NCBI GenBank assembly: GCA_012295275.1
Contig: CM022677.1
Location: 18,662,001 to 18,726,000, forward strand
Reading direction: 5' to 3'
From: Chrysomallon squamiferum
Lineage: Eukaryota > Animalia > Mollusca
Length of the DNA: 64,000 nucleotides
Part shown: positions 41,590-56,727 of the stretch, one piece after another
How positions within the stretch are numbered: position 1 is the stretch's first letter
Layout of the letters: the number at the start of each line of letters is the position of its first letter
Made by a program: the position numbers and the translations under genes
Notes under the pieces: generated by a model
Database searches by the model: none
Seen by the model: the letters and a program-made list of their open reading frames with translations, nothing else
What the model was told of the DNA's origin: nothing

Positions 41590-42295
41590 TCGGAAATAGA
41601 GAGGGACAAAGAGAGAGACAGAGACATACAGAAAGAGAATCAGACACAGACAGAGAGCCGAAAGACAGAGAGAGAGACAGAGAGAGACAGAGAGACAGAG
41701 ACATACAGAAAGAGAATGAGAGACACAGACAGAGAGACAGACACCGAGACAGAGAAAGAATGGGACAAAGAGGAGACACAGAGACAGAGAGACAGAGACA
41801 GATTGCAACAAAGAGAGCAGAAAGAGAGACACATTGATAAAGAATGGGAAATAGAGAGGCATAGGGAGACACAGACAGACAGACACATATAGAAAGACAA
41901 TCACAGAGGCAGTCAGAGAGACAGGCACAGAGAAAGACTAAGAATGGCAGAAAGAGAGAGACAGAGAGAGAAACAGAAAGAGAAACAGAAGGAGAGGGAC
42001 TGACAGAAAGACAGATGGACTGGAAGAGACAGACGCAGAGAAAGATAAGGAATGGCAGAAAGAGAGAGACAGAGAGAGAAAGAATGGGAGACAGAGAGAA
42101 CGGGAGACAGAGACAGACAGAGAAAAGAAGGAGAGGGACTGAGAGAAAGACAATGGACTGGAAGAGACAGAAGCAGAGAAAGATAAATAATGGTAGAAAG
42201 AGAGAGACAGAGAGAGAAAGAATGGGAGACAGAGAGAATGGGAGACAGAGACAGACAGAGAAACAGAAGGAGAGGGACTGAGAGAAAAACAGACG
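41590..42295. repeat. AG-rich complex repeat replacing the 3' flank of copy 5
   Basis: Purine-rich degenerate units; homology to the 3' flank of the other copies ends at ~41590. Confidence 0.8.
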
Positions 42296-42396
42296 GACTT
42301 CCTGGAATTGCGTGACCAATAAAGAATTCATTCGAGTGATTGATCTTGGCTTAGTATTTATTTTTATTTTGATACACTCGCTGTAACACTCAAAAT

Positions 42397-42899
42397 CAGT
42401 GCTGCCCAACGTCCGAGCCACGAAGCTTCAGAATCCTGCCCGCTAGTCAGTCTTCAGTTTATTCCTTAATTATTCAGTAAAATTGTTTTATTATTGAAAT
42501 ACAAAGCCATTTATTTGAACAAATGTTTTTTTGTTTAATCTTGATCAATGGTTAAAGTTGTTTTATAGAATGTAAGGTTCTAAATCAAATTTTTTAATGG
42601 TCATTTCGTATTCATGTAACATCTGGAGACTTTAAATTTTTGGATAGCAGTGAAGAAGTAATAGAAATAGTATCATATGTAGGACCCCTATGTTTAAATT
42701 GAGTTATGAATTATAGTCGTATAATGGATAATTTCTATAAATAGAATAATAGAATCAATGTTTTGCAGTTCTGAATACTTTTTCAAACCATTTCAAGTAG
42801 TTGTATTAAAAAATGAAAGGGTAGAAATGTGAGTCCAACCCACTGGCATCGTTTTTTTCTTAAATCCGGCCCATGTTCGGAAAAGGTTGGGCAGCACTG
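42397..42899. mobile_element. Non-autonomous hAT-superfamily DNA transposon (MITE), 503 bp
   Basis: Perfect 14-bp TIRs CAGTGCTGCCCAAC (42397-42410) and GTTGGGCAGCACTG (42886-42899), with an exact 8-bp TSD CTCAAAAT (42389-42396, 42900-42907). An empty-site paralog lies at ~37490-37538. Confidence 0.92.
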
Positions 42900-44313
42900 C
42901 TCAAAATGATTTAAACAACAGTTAAGAAGTTGTACTGATTTAGTATTAATAATAACCAACCTTACTTATTATTGTTTTCGAAGAAATACATATTATTTAT
43001 TTATTTATTTATTTTTCATATAATTCCCATGTTGATGTATCACCAGATTCCATTAAATCAATAATGATCCGCCATTTTACTCAATTATTAGATTCCTCAG
43101 AAAACATCAAAGGAACAATCACAGTTCGCAGTTTCAATGAACTGGAACAAAAAAATGGGTCAAGTCTTACTGCCACACGTAAACACGCCAAAATAAATAA
43201 ATAAACAAACATATATATATATTTAATTGGTCAGAAAAGAAAATAATCAAAACGAAAAAAAATACGTATTAGTGATTTTTAATAAATTTTATATCAACTG
43301 TTATATTTATAAAATTGGTTATCATAAAATGTTCACTATGAAATTGCCTTCAGCTGTTTCTTCAGACGGAATTAAATAAGGAAAACATTAAAAATAATAA
43401 AATGTAAAACAAAAAGATGCAAAGAATATATTTAATTAATTAATTAAGTAAGTAAGTAAGTATGTGAGTACTAATGCTTCGCAAAAAAAAAAAATTTAAA
43501 ATCATTAAAATAAATGTATCATTATGTACTTGCATTTACAGTATTTCTTTAACCATTGATCTGAAATAGCAATAATACTGAAATCATTATAATGATTATA
43601 TTCTTCTTCATGAATATTGGTTCACTTTATATATAGATATATATCTATATATAAACCAGTTTGAAAAGAGATCAGGCGGCATAATCAGGGTTTTCATTTA
43701 GTTAACATTTGATAAACAGAGTTACTTCCCTTGTCGGGAAGCACGGAGGTTGGAATCGAAATCTTATTGATAATTGTTACATTTGTTTAAAACAAACTGC
43801 ATTATACATGTGTTAAAGAAACACGAATAAGTCTCATAAAAAGTATTTAGCGTAGAGTTGTCTTTATATACCTAAAATCATCGTCATTGTTATTATTATT
43901 ATCATTATTACTGTTGATGTTGTTATTTTTTTTTTTTTTATTAATTAATTATGTATAAACATATATAAATAGAGCCTGTCAAAAATGAAAACATATGAGG
44001 TGAATCATCCTTTTCATTATTGTTGCTGTTTTTCCTACGATTCCTACTACAACAACAACAAACTACTCGACGAATAAACGAACTAATAATTTAAACATTT
44101 CATTTCATTTTTTTTCTTTTTTTTTTTTCTTTTTCTTTGTCTCTTTCTGTCTTTCTGTGTGTGTGTGTGTGTGTGTGTCTGTGTGTGTGTCTGTGTGTGC
44201 TGGGTGTGTGTCTGTGTGTGTTTCTGTGTCTGTGTCTGTGTGTGTGTGTCTGTGTGTGCCTGTGTGTGTGTGTGTGTGTCTGTGTGTGTATGTGGGTGTG
44301 TTTGTCTGTTTGT

Positions 44314-44365
<52 letters not shown>

Positions 44366-44875
44366 CTTTTTCTCTTTTCTCTCTGTCCTACTTTCCGAGA
44401 CTAACACAGGTAGGTAAATAATAATCTTCGTGTCTGAATTCTGTATCCCCTCTGTTGTTATAATATACAGTGTGTCCATTAGTTTATGAGCTACGGCAAA
44501 TCAAAGATGCTAAAATACCCGAATGTTTTTAGAAGAAAAGGGAGCAATAATTACGTTACGTCTTGAAACAAACAAAATGTTAAATCACCATTAATTGTTT
44601 AAAAATCTCAGTACCGGCCCTGTCACCCTCCTCTGTGATTATTGTTGATGACTTCGTTTTCTCAAACTAACTTCAACGTGCACAATAAAGACAAGAAGAG
44701 ACATGATCTCTAAAACCCGGATTTAAAAAACGTATCTGCAGATCTGCAGTGAGGTATCAAATTTAGAATTGAGTCACGTTTTGAAAACATCTGCTATTTT
44801 TAAAGATTAACGCAAATTCAATATACAATAATAAACAGACTATTATTTCTTAGTGTGAATTACAGAGGGCGATAA

Positions 44876-44926
<51 letters not shown>

Positions 44927-45246
44927 ATACTGTTACAATTATTGTTCTTTTTGTTTGTTTATTATAGTAGACAAAATCTATTTAATAGTATTATGACACT
45001 GATTTAATTTTTTTCAGTGAACTCTTTAAAGAAAATAAGAAGAATATTGAGTAAAGAAAACGTCTTTTTTACATACGTATCAGTGATATATACATACATA
45101 ACATATATATTGGATATACACACACAGAAATATATATATATATGTATTCAATAACAAATTTTATTAATATAAAAGAACTGTATAATTGTTCATTCTTCTA
45201 TTACTTCTGCTCTGAGAATTAATAAAAAATATATATTTATTTAATC

Positions 45247-45317
<71 letters not shown>

Positions 45318-46254
45318 CAGTAGTAGCAGTATTATTGCTATTATTTATTTATTTATTTATTTTATTTTATTTTTTTTTCATTTTAAAATGTTTTCTAATA
45401 TAACTATATATTTCTATACCCTTCATTTTTCTGTATATATTTTTTATACAGATTTCAAATGCGCTGGTATTATCTCTTTATTTCGAGTGATTACTGATCA
45501 AAACTGTAGTCACTGTTAGAAAAAGACTACGTCAACTCCCCGTATGAATAATTGTTAATTCACCTCTGTAAAGCAGAAGACTTGGAGCCAGCAGACGTCG
45601 TGGTAGAACAAACAACTAATAAAGACGAGGTTAAACTCTGACGTATGTTTACAGTCTCCCTCAGCGAATGACGTAATGACATTATCATTTTCGTCGACTG
45701 GAACAATGTATCACAGGTTAGCTAGGTGACGTATGACAGCGATATCTTGAAAAATCTTGTATCGAGAGAACAATAGTTTCAATTATGTTCTTCATTACTC
45801 AGTCTGCCGTAACAAGTTGATGTATTTAGTTCTTCGAGCTACAAATACTTATAGGCTTTGTACAAGTACGTAGGTGTTTGTGTGAGTATGTGAGTCAAGA
45901 TACAATCTTCAATATAGTGTGCGCATTAGGAATGAGAAATACCTCTATTGCTGTCAGGCAGAATATCAAACAACACAACCAGTTGAAGAGAACACTACAA
46001 TGATCTAAAAGCAATTCGTCAGAAAAAAGACAAAACAAAATAAAACAGTTACTTTTATTTTTTTTTCTATGATTAGTTATTATTATTATTATTTTTTTTT
46101 TTTTTTTTACTAGCTATTATTTTTATTTATTTTCGATTGTTAGCTATTATTTTTATTTGCTTTCTATTGTTATTTATTATTTGTATTTGTTTTCGTCTCT
46201 TAAATATAATTAGCTCGCATCAATACATCCCATATGTAATCACGCACTGATTCG

Positions 46255-48207
46255 CACATACAGACACATAGACACACAGATACACAGACACACAGATACA
46301 CAGACACAAAGACACAGAGACACACAGACACAGAGACACAAAGACACAGAGAAACACAGACACACACAGGCACACACAGACACACAGACACACAGAAAAA
46401 CAGACACACAGAAACACAGAAACACAGACACACAGAAACAAAGACACCCAGAAACACAGACACACAGAAACACAGACACACAGAATCGTAGACACAGAGA
46501 CACACAGGCCCACAGGCACATAAACACATAGACACATAGACACACAGACACACAGACACATAGAGAGACAGACACACAGACATTTTGGCGCATAGACCCA
46601 CATACCCATAGACACAGAAACATAGACACACAGACACACAAACACATAGATACACAGACATACAGCCGCATAGACACACAGACACAGAGACACTAAGACA
46701 CATAGACACATAGACACACATATACACAGACACACAGACACCCATACATACAGCTGCATAGACACGCAGACACACAGACACAGAGACACAGAGACACACA
46801 GACACACAGGCACACAGACACATAGACACACAGACACACAGACACACAGAGACAGAGACACATATAAACATAGACACACAGATACACAGATACACAGACA
46901 CACAGACACATAGACACACATATACATTGACACATAGACACATAGACTCACAGACACACAGACACACAGACACACAGGCACACAGACACACAGACACACA
47001 GGCACACAGACACACAGGCAGACATGCACACAGACACACAGACACACAGACACACAGGCACATAGACTCACAGACACACAGTCACACATGCACATAGACA
47101 CAGAGGCACACAGACACAGACACACAGTCACACATGCACACAGACACACAGGCACACAGACACACAGACACACATGCACCCAGACACACAGTCACACAGA
47201 CATACATGCACACACAGACACAGACACACATGCACACAGACACACAGTCACACAGTCACACAGACACACAGACCCACAGGCACACAGACACACAGACACA
47301 CAGACACACAGACACACAGACACACAGTCACACAGACATACATGCACACACACACAGACATACATGCACATACACACACAGACACACAGACACACAGAAA
47401 CACAGACACACAGTCACACAGTCACACAGACACACAGACCCACATGCGCACAGACACACATACACAAAGACACACAGACACACAGACACACAGGCACACA
47501 GACACACAGACACAGATGCACACAGACACACAGTCACACAGTCACACAGACACACATACCCACAGGCGCACAGACACACATACACAAAGACACACAGACA
47601 CACAGACACATATACGCACAGACACACAGGCACAGAGACACAGAGACACACAGACAAACAGGCACACAGACACACATATACACTGACACAGAGACACACA
47701 GGCACACAGACTCACAGACACACAGTCACACATGCACATAGACACAGAGGCACACAGACACACAGACACACAGACACACAGTCACACATGCACACAGACA
47801 CACAGGCACACAGACACACAGACACACAGGCACACAGACACACAGTCACACAGACATACATGCACACACAGACACACATGCACACAGACACGCAGTCACA
47901 CAGTCACACAGACACACAGACCCACAGGCACACAGACACACAGACACACAGGCACACAGACACACAGTCACACAGACATACATGCACATACACACACAGA
48001 CATACATGCACATACACACACAGACACAGTCACAGTCACACAGACACACAGACACACAGACCCACAGGCGCACAGACACACATACACAAAGACACACAGA
48101 CACACAGACACACAGGCACACAGACACACAGACACAGATGCACACAGACACACAGTCACACAGACATACATGCACACACAGACACACACATGCACACAGA
48201 CACGCAG
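46255..48207. repeat. Complex (CACAGACA)n satellite, paralog of 290-1985
   Basis: Same unit and internal landmarks; runs into the gap. Confidence 0.95.
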
Positions 48208-48407
48208 NNNNNNNNNNNNNNNNNNNNNNNNNNNNNNNNNNNNNNNNNNNNNNNNNNNNNNNNNNNNNNNNNNNNNNNNNNNNNNNNNNNNNNNNNNNNN
48301 NNNNNNNNNNNNNNNNNNNNNNNNNNNNNNNNNNNNNNNNNNNNNNNNNNNNNNNNNNNNNNNNNNNNNNNNNNNNNNNNNNNNNNNNNNNNNNNNNNNN
48401 NNNNNNN
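48208..48407. other. Assembly gap (200 N)
   Basis: Run of N between two satellites. Confidence 1.
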
Positions 48408-48428
48408 TCTCTCTCTTCCTCTCTCTCT

Positions 48429-48477
<49 letters not shown>

Positions 48478-48490
48478 CCTCCCTCCCCCC

Positions 48491-48521
<31 letters not shown>

Positions 48522-48810
48522 TATCGCCATGATATTTTATGAGAATAGGTTTCTGGATTATACCTTGCAAGATTAGCTAGGTTCAACTGAGAAAAGAGTT
48601 TTCACGATATCGCTGTCACCTAGATGTACTGCGATATCCTGTTTGAATGGACATAACTAACAAACCACCAAGAAACACGTGTCACAGTTTAATGTTTGCT
48701 CTTTTTTTGTTTATCTGTTACAGCTGGTATGTGAAATAAAAGACGTCCATAACTATTTCACTGTTTCATACATATATTGAATAAGATGAATAATCTCTCT
48801 CTCTCTCTCA

Positions 48811-49004
<194 letters not shown>

Positions 49005-49378
49005 TTCTTTCTTGCTCTTTCTCCTTGACATTGATATGACAATATTTTCTAGATTATACCTTGCAAGGTTATCTACGGTCAATCGATTCAAGACTGTTCA
49101 AGATATCTCTGTCATCTCCTGCGATATCTTGTTTCAGTCGACGTAAATGTTAATCTCTTCAAGACATTCGTTGAGAGAGACTCGTAAATACATGTCAGAG
49201 TTTATTCTTATCTTTATAGCTTGTCGTTTGTTTGTTAATCTGCCAAAACTGACAAAATGTAGTCATCGACTTTTTAACTATTGTTTAAATCATTGTCACT
49301 GTTACAGTGTGTATGTACATTTCTTTCTTTCTTTATCTATTTATTCATTTCACTACTTCATACATATACTGTATATGC

Positions 49379-49468
<90 letters not shown>

Positions 49469-49529
49469 GATAGAAATAAAATTAAAGAGAATGTAAAGGA
49501 AAAAATTGGTATTATATAGTGTACAGGGT

Positions 49530-50038
49530 AAGGGTTTCTACACCTTTTTTATGGACAGAGGTCCTCAGCTTACAAATTATGATAACAACTTTGGCTGGAG
49601 TCATAGCCTTCATCGACTGCTTCTGCTTCAGTATGGTACATATCGTAAACATACTACACTCGTACTTCCTAGCCATGTTGACTACACGCACACCTCACTC
49701 TTGTTTTTCTATGATTTCATGCTTTAATTCAATGGACATCGTCCTCTTCTTCTTCTCAGCACTGTCCTTTGCACTCACTTTCTTAGGATCCATGGCAATC
49801 TGGCAAAATACTGGACATAATGCGAGTACAACACAACAGAGATGTTTCCACGGCGAGGTAACCACGTGAAGCAAACGAGTGAGACGCGGGATGCTGGGCG
49901 GATGTTGTGTTGCTCGTAGCGCCAACTACCGGCAGCGTGTCTGAAGCTCGCTCGTAACTCGGATTTTGGCTCGCAATTCAAAGCAAAATAATCGCGCAGA
50001 CTCGTAAGTTGGAGCACTCGTATCACTAGGTACTACTG
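49530..50038 (-). mobile_element. Tigger/pogo (Tc1-mariner superfamily) transposon, 5' fragment
   Basis: The minus strand starts TA|CAGTAGTACCT at 50038. An ATG at 49793 gives MDPKKVSAKDSAEKKKRTMSIELKHEIIEKQE*GVRVVNMARKYECSMFTICTILKQK, a CENP-B-type N-terminal HTH with an in-frame stop; truncated. Confidence 0.8.
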
Positions 50039-50053
50039 TATTAGAAAGATTAT

Positions 50054-50340
50054 TTATTTGTTAGTACCAGCTATCGGTTTAACACTCAGTCTTTTAAAAC
50101 ACTCTGCTATTCCTATATCTTCTTTACCACAATCTTCTCTGCAGATCGTAGAGTTATTTCCCCTGGTGCTCAAGCGTGTCAGTGTTTCTTTACTGAGCAC
50201 GTAGCAAACTTCTTGAAAAACTGACGCGTTTTTAGTGGAGAGGAAGTAACGTAAGTTCTCTACGATGACGTAAGTATCGTCGTCTGCTTTCGTGAACCAG
50301 TCGGCGTCGTTTAAGTGGTGTTTGTAGATGTAGTGACAGA
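50054..50340 (-). pseudogene. Second C1GALT1-like (GT31) fragment
   Basis: [33 protein letters not shown] matches C1GALT1 [23 protein letters not shown] (DxD motif). The PIYFG..GYMSGGAG segment is deleted, then [19 protein letters not shown] follows; it ends next to the Tigger terminus. Confidence 0.8.
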
Positions 50341-50488
50341 GAGATAAAAGACAAGAAATAGTGTCATACACAGTAATGCGTGTGAAAAGTAGAAAAAAAA
50401 TGAAAGAAAAAGAAAAAAATGAAATGAAATGTTCAGGTTATTAGTTCATTTATTCGTAGATTAATTTTTTAATTTATTTATTTATTTA

Positions 50489-50525
<37 letters not shown>

Positions 50526-50738
50526 TGGTTACATTAATTCTTGGATTTATTATTGTTGGTGACGTCGTGGCTGTTTTTGTTGTAGTAGTAATGAAAATAG
50601 CAACAGTAATAAAAATAATGATTCACCAAATATGTTTTCATTTTTGACAGGCACCATTTATATATGTCTCTATATAATTACTTAATTAAAAAACACAAAA
50701 CAAAACAACAACAACAACAACAGTAGTAGTAGTAGTAA

Positions 50739-50806
<68 letters not shown>

Positions 50807-51984
50807 ATAATAATAATAATAATAATTACAATGAATTGAAATATATATAATGACAATACTATGCCACATATTAAACAAATAAATAAACTGTTTACGTGTG
50901 TTATTTGTGTTTTCTTAATACACGTATAATCCAGTTTGGTTTAAACAAACGTAACAATTATCAGTACGATTTCAATTTCTGTCGAGTTTACGACATGGGA
51001 AGTAACTCTCTTATCAAACGTTAAGCAAAAAGAAGAAGACTGGTTATCCCGCCTGATCTCTTTTCAAACCTGTTTAATATATAACTGAAGCAATATTCAA
51101 GGAGAATTATACAATTATAATAACGATTTCAGTATTATCGCTATTTCACATCAACATTTGAAAAAATACTGTACATTCAACTAAATAATAATAAATTTAT
51201 TATAATGGTTTTAAAATATGTGTGTGTACATACATACATACATACATACATACATACATAATACATACATACATACATAGATACATAGATACATACATAC
51301 ATACATACATTCATAAATACATACATACATAGATACATATCTATATATATATAGGCATATTTATAGTGGATAATATGTTATAATTATTTTCTACACTCGT
51401 ATTTTAATAATTTATTATAAATGAGGGTTAGTAACAATGTTACGATGCTGATAAAGGGGAAAACACACTAGTTTATGCATTTGAATCATCTTATTGTAAT
51501 AATATATATATATTAAAAAAGAGTTAATATGTATTATTTTGAGTGAACGTACCTTTAGTAATTTGTTGTCTCAGATTACCCGAGCATGGCACCTGTTTGA
51601 AAACAGTATTTTAATCTGCAAACAGAATGTTTCATTTGAATCGAGAAGTGACACGCATGACCTAGCACGCATGACGCAGATAATTTACATTTCAAACACA
51701 GGAGATCGTGTTTTATATACATATATGATATTACGATAATAGAAATAAAACAGACTTTAAACACGTTTTCCTTTTATTTAATATCAAAGGGGCAAATATT
51801 CTATACTGTTATATTCTTATTTTTTTTTTATGTATTTGTTTATTTATTTATTATTTATTTGTTTATTTATTATATTTAATATATGCTTGAAGAAACAATA
51901 AATGAAAAAAGATAAAAGATTATTTTCACCAGTGCTGTTTACAATTTAGAATTGTTCAAAAGATACTGTGTCGTTTTCGTCATT

Positions 51985-53175
51985 CCTTGTGGGTGTCTGT
52001 GTGTCTGTGTTTCTGTGTATCTGTATCTACGTATCTCTGTATCTGTGGGTCTATGTGTCTATGCGGTTGTATATATCTGTGTCTATGTGCCTATGTGTCT
52101 GTGTGCCTGTGTTTCCGTGTGTCTGCGTGTCTGTGTTCCTGTGTGCCTACGTGTCTGTTTTTCTGTGTATCTATGTGTCAATCGGCTGTATATCTCTGTG
52201 TCTATTTGCCTATGTGTCTATGTATCTATGTGTCTATGTGCCTATGTGTCTCTGTGCCTGTGTTTCCGTGTGTCTGCGTGTCTGTGTGTCTATGTGTTTG
52301 TCTGTCTGTGTCTCTAAGTGTTTGTGTGTCAGTGTGTCTGTACTTGTGTGTCTGTGTGTCTATGTGTTTGTCTGTTTGTTTGTCTATGTGTCTGTGTGTC
52401 TATGTGTCTGTGTATCTGTGTATCTACGTATCTCTGTATCTGTGTGTCTATGTGTCTGTGCTACTGTGTATCTGTGTGTCTATGTGTCTGTGTTTCTGTG
52501 TATCTATGTGGATGTGTGTCTATGTGTCTATGTGTCTGTTTGTGTATGTGTCTGAGTATCTGGGTGGCTGTGTGTCTGTGTGACTATGTGTCTGTGTGTC
52601 TCTGTGTCTATGTGTCTCTGTGTATGTGTGTCTGGGTGTCTGTGTGTCTGTGTGTATCTGAGTATCTGTGTCTGGGTGTATCTGTGTATGTGTGTATATG
52701 TGTCTGTGTGTCTGTGTATAAGGATGGATGTTTTCTACGTGTCTCTGTGTCTGTGCGTCTGAGTTTCTACGAATCTCTGTGTCTGTGCGTCTGAGTTTCT
52801 ACGTGTCTCTGTGTCTGTGCGTCTGAGTTTCTACGTGTCTCTGTGTCTGTGCGTCTGAGTTTCTACGAATCTCTGTATCTGTGCGTCTGAGTTTCTACGT
52901 GTCTCTGTGTGTCTATGTGTCTGTGTTACTCTTTATCTTGGTGTCTGTGAGTCTATGTGTCTGTATGTCTGGGTGCTGTGTGTCTATATGTCTGTGTGTC
53001 TGTATGTCTGTGTGTCTTTGTATCTGTGTGCCTGTGTGTCTGTATTTCTGTGTATCTGTGTGTATATGTGTCTGTATTTCTGTCTATCTATGTGTCTGTG
53101 TGTCTGTGTGTCTATGTGTCTGTGCTCTGTTTGTCTGTGTGTCTGGTTGTCTATTTGTCTGTATGTGCGTATGCG
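51985..53175. repeat. (TGTGTCTG)n satellite, inverted relative to 290-1985
   Basis: Reverse-complement unit; its left flank (~50870-51820) is the reverse complement of ~2040-2920. Confidence 0.9.
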
Positions 53176-53409
53176 AGATATTTTCAGAAAACATTATCAT
53201 ACCAAAATGGAGAATACAGCTTTGAAAAAAACAACCAAAAACAACAACTTATTTTTGGAACTGCGATTGGTATTATGACCAGAAATAATAAATATTCGTG
53301 TAAATTACAAAAGAGTTGAATTGAATCAGCAAAAGATAAAAAATGAATTAACAGCGGCTGTAAAACAGCCAAGAGATTTTCAGACAGAAGTACAAACCCG
53401 GACAGATAA

Positions 53410-55150
53410 ACTGAGAGAGAGACAGAAAAAGAGAGACACTGAAAGAAAGACACTGAAAGAGAAAGAAAAACAAAGACAGAGAGACAGAAAAAGAAAGACA
53501 CTGAGAGAGACAGAAAAAGAAAGACAGAGAGAACAAAAAAAGAAAAGACACAGAAAAAGAAAAGAGAGAGACAGAAAAAGAAAGACACAGAGAGAGACAA
53601 AAAAAAGACACAGAGAGAGACAGAAAAGAAAGACACTGAGAGAGACAGAAAAAGAAAGACACTGAGAGAGAAAAAAAAAAAAGACAGAGAGAGACAGAAA
53701 AAGCAAAAGACTGAGAGAGAGAGAAAAAGAAAGACACTGAGAGAGACAGAAAAAGAAAGACATGAGAGAGACAGAAAAAGAAAGACACTGAGAGAGACAG
53801 AAAAAGAAAGACACTGAGAGAGACAGAAAAAGAAAGACACTGAGAGAGACAGAAAAAGAAAGACTCAGAGAGAGACAGAAAAGAAAAGAGACAGAAAAAG
53901 AAAGACAGAGAGAGAAAAGAAAGATGACAGAGAGAGAGAGACAGAAAAAGAAAGACACTGAGAGAGACAGAAAAAGAAAGACTGAGAGAGACAGAAAAAA
54001 AGAAGAGAGAGACAAAAAGAAAGACAGAGAGAGACAGAAAAGAAAAAGAGAGAGAGAGAGAAAAAGAAAGACACTGAGAGAGAAGAAAAGAAAGACACTG
54101 AGAGAGAGACAGAAAAAGAAAGACACAGAGAGAGACAGAAAAAGAAAGACACAGAGAGAGACAGAAAAAAAGAGAGAGACAGAAAAAGAAAGAGAGAGAG
54201 AAAAAGAAAGACACAGAGAGAGAGACAGAAAAGAAAGACACAGAGAGAGACAGAAAAGAAAGACACAGAGAGAGACAGAAAGAGAGAGACTCAGAGAGAG
54301 AGAGAGAGAAACATTCAGAGAGAAGAGAGAGAAAGAAGAAGAGACAGAAAAGAAGAAGAGAGAAAAAGAAAGAGACAGAGAGAGAGAAAAGAAGAAGAAG
54401 AGAGAGAAGAAGAAAGAGAGAGAGAGAGAAAAAAAGAGAGACAGAGACAGAAAAAAAAAAAAAGACAGAGAGAGAGAAAAAAAAGAAAAAGAAAATAAGA
54501 GAGAGACAAAGAACAGAATAGACAGAGAGAGAAAGAGAGAGACAGAAAAGAAAGACACAAAAAGACAGAGAGAAGAAAAATGAGAGAGAGAAGAGACAGA
54601 AAAAGAAAGACACAGAGAGACAGAAAAGAAAGACACAGAGAGAGACAGAAAAAGAAAGACACTGAGAGAGAGAGAAAAAGAAAGACACAGAGAGAGAGAG
54701 AAAAAGAAAGACACTGAGAGAGACAGAAAAAGAAAGACACAGAGAGAGAGAAAAAGAAAGACACAGAGAGAGACAGAAAAAGAAAGACACTGAGAGAGAG
54801 AGAAAGAAAAAGAAAGAGAGACAGAAAGAGAGACAGAAAAAGAGAGAGAGAGAGAAAAAAAGAGACAAAAAGAAAGACACTGAGAGAGACAGAAAAAGAA
54901 AGAGACAGAGAGAGACAAAAAAAAAGAGAGAGAGACAGAAAAAGAAAAACAGAGAGAGAAAGAAGAAGAAAGAGAAAAAGAGACTGAGAGAGAGAGAAAA
55001 AAAGACTCAGAGAGAGACAGAAAAAGAAAGACTCAGAGAGAGACAGAAAAAGAAGACAGAGAGAGAGAGAGAAAAAGAAAGACTCAGAGAGACAGAAAAA
55101 GAAGACAGACAGAGAGACAGAGAGAGACAGACAGAGACAGAGAGAGAGAG
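53410..55150. repeat. AG-rich satellite (~26-bp unit GAAAGACACTGAGAGAGACAGAAAAA)
   Basis: Degenerate purine-rich tandem units over ~1.7 kb; source of the 510-aa S/L/F ORFs. Confidence 0.9.
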
Positions 55151-56258
55151 AAACATTCAGATATTTAAGGAGTAGTCAACGATACCGAAAAAAATGACAG
55201 AAACAAGAAATAGCTAAGAAATATTTTATCCCACTAGCTTATCATTTTATATATTACTATTGGAAAAATGAAATTAAATAAATGAAACAAAGAACGAATA
55301 AATGAACGAAAGACAAAATTACAAACACAGAAAGTAGTACAGCCAAAACAAATGACCATTTTGTTTCGTTATCACAATAAAGGTTTTAGAAGAACAACAA
55401 TTATTTCTCAAAATCTTTAATGTACGAGCTAATTAGACTTAGTAGTCAAAAATAAATAAAAATAATAATTAATAATAGAAAATAAATAAAAATAATAACT
55501 AACAAAAGAAAATAAATAAAAATTATAACTAATAATAGAAAACAAATAAAATAAATAAAAATATTAACTAATAATAGAAAACAAATAAAATAATAGATAA
55601 TAAAAGAAAATAAATAAAAATAATACGTAATAATCACACAAACACCTGCATACTTGAACAAAGCCTACTAAGTATTTGTAACTCAAAGAACCAAATACCT
55701 CAAAAAGTTCCGGCAGACTGAGTAATTAAGAACATAATTAAAACTATTGTTCTCTCGATACAAGATTTTTCAAGATATCGCTGTCATACGTCACCTAGCT
55801 AACCTGTGATACATTGTTTCAGTCATTACGTCATTCGCTGAGGGAGACTGTAACTATACGTCAGAGTTTAATCTCGTCTTTATTAGTTGTTTGTTCATCA
55901 GCCAAATCTCACGAACTTTATCTCTCTGTCGAAAACTATTTAACATAGGGGGGAAAAAAATTCCAAGCCAGGATAAGTCAGTCTAAATTTCACACTCGAC
56001 TGAATTCTTTTTTGATCACGCAATGCTGGATGTTTTAATTTTTTTTTCGTTGCGTGTGCTGCTGGTTCGTTTCAGAGAATGTCTATCTACGTATATATCT
56101 GTCTATATATCTGTCTGTCTGCCTGTCTGTCTGTCTGTTTATCCGTTTGACTATTTATCAATGTGTTTATCGCTCTATTTACCAATGTTTACCTACCTAT
56201 TTATCTAACTATATTGATCTATGTATGTGTCTGTTTCTTTACCGTCCTACTTATATAC

Positions 56259-56366
<108 letters not shown>

Positions 56367-56627
56367 TATTAGTCCGTTCAGTCGAGGGTCGTCAGTGGAA
56401 ACACAAACGCACATACACAGAAACAGACACACACACATATATACATATACATATACACATTATCTATCTATCTATATAGAAATGTTGTCTTTCATATATA
56501 TTTATAGCATCAATTTGTTTTGGGTTTTTTGTTTTGTTGAGATTTTCATAAACAAAGAAGGACGCAAACAAATAAAATGATGTAGACTAATACTGTACTT
56601 AATCTGCGTTGTCAACATAACTGTCTC

Positions 56628-56682
<55 letters not shown>

Positions 56683-56693
56683 GTAATAATAAT

Positions 56694-56727
<34 letters not shown>

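Noticed and set aside
41417-42421. 334-aa minus-strand ORF
   Set aside because: Mostly an AG-rich repeat, overlapping the antisense of TNF exon 4 and a MITE end.
53348-54918. 510-512 aa S/L/F-rich ORFs and K/E/R-rich antisense ORFs
   Set aside because: Purine/pyrimidine satellite that lacks stop codons by composition.
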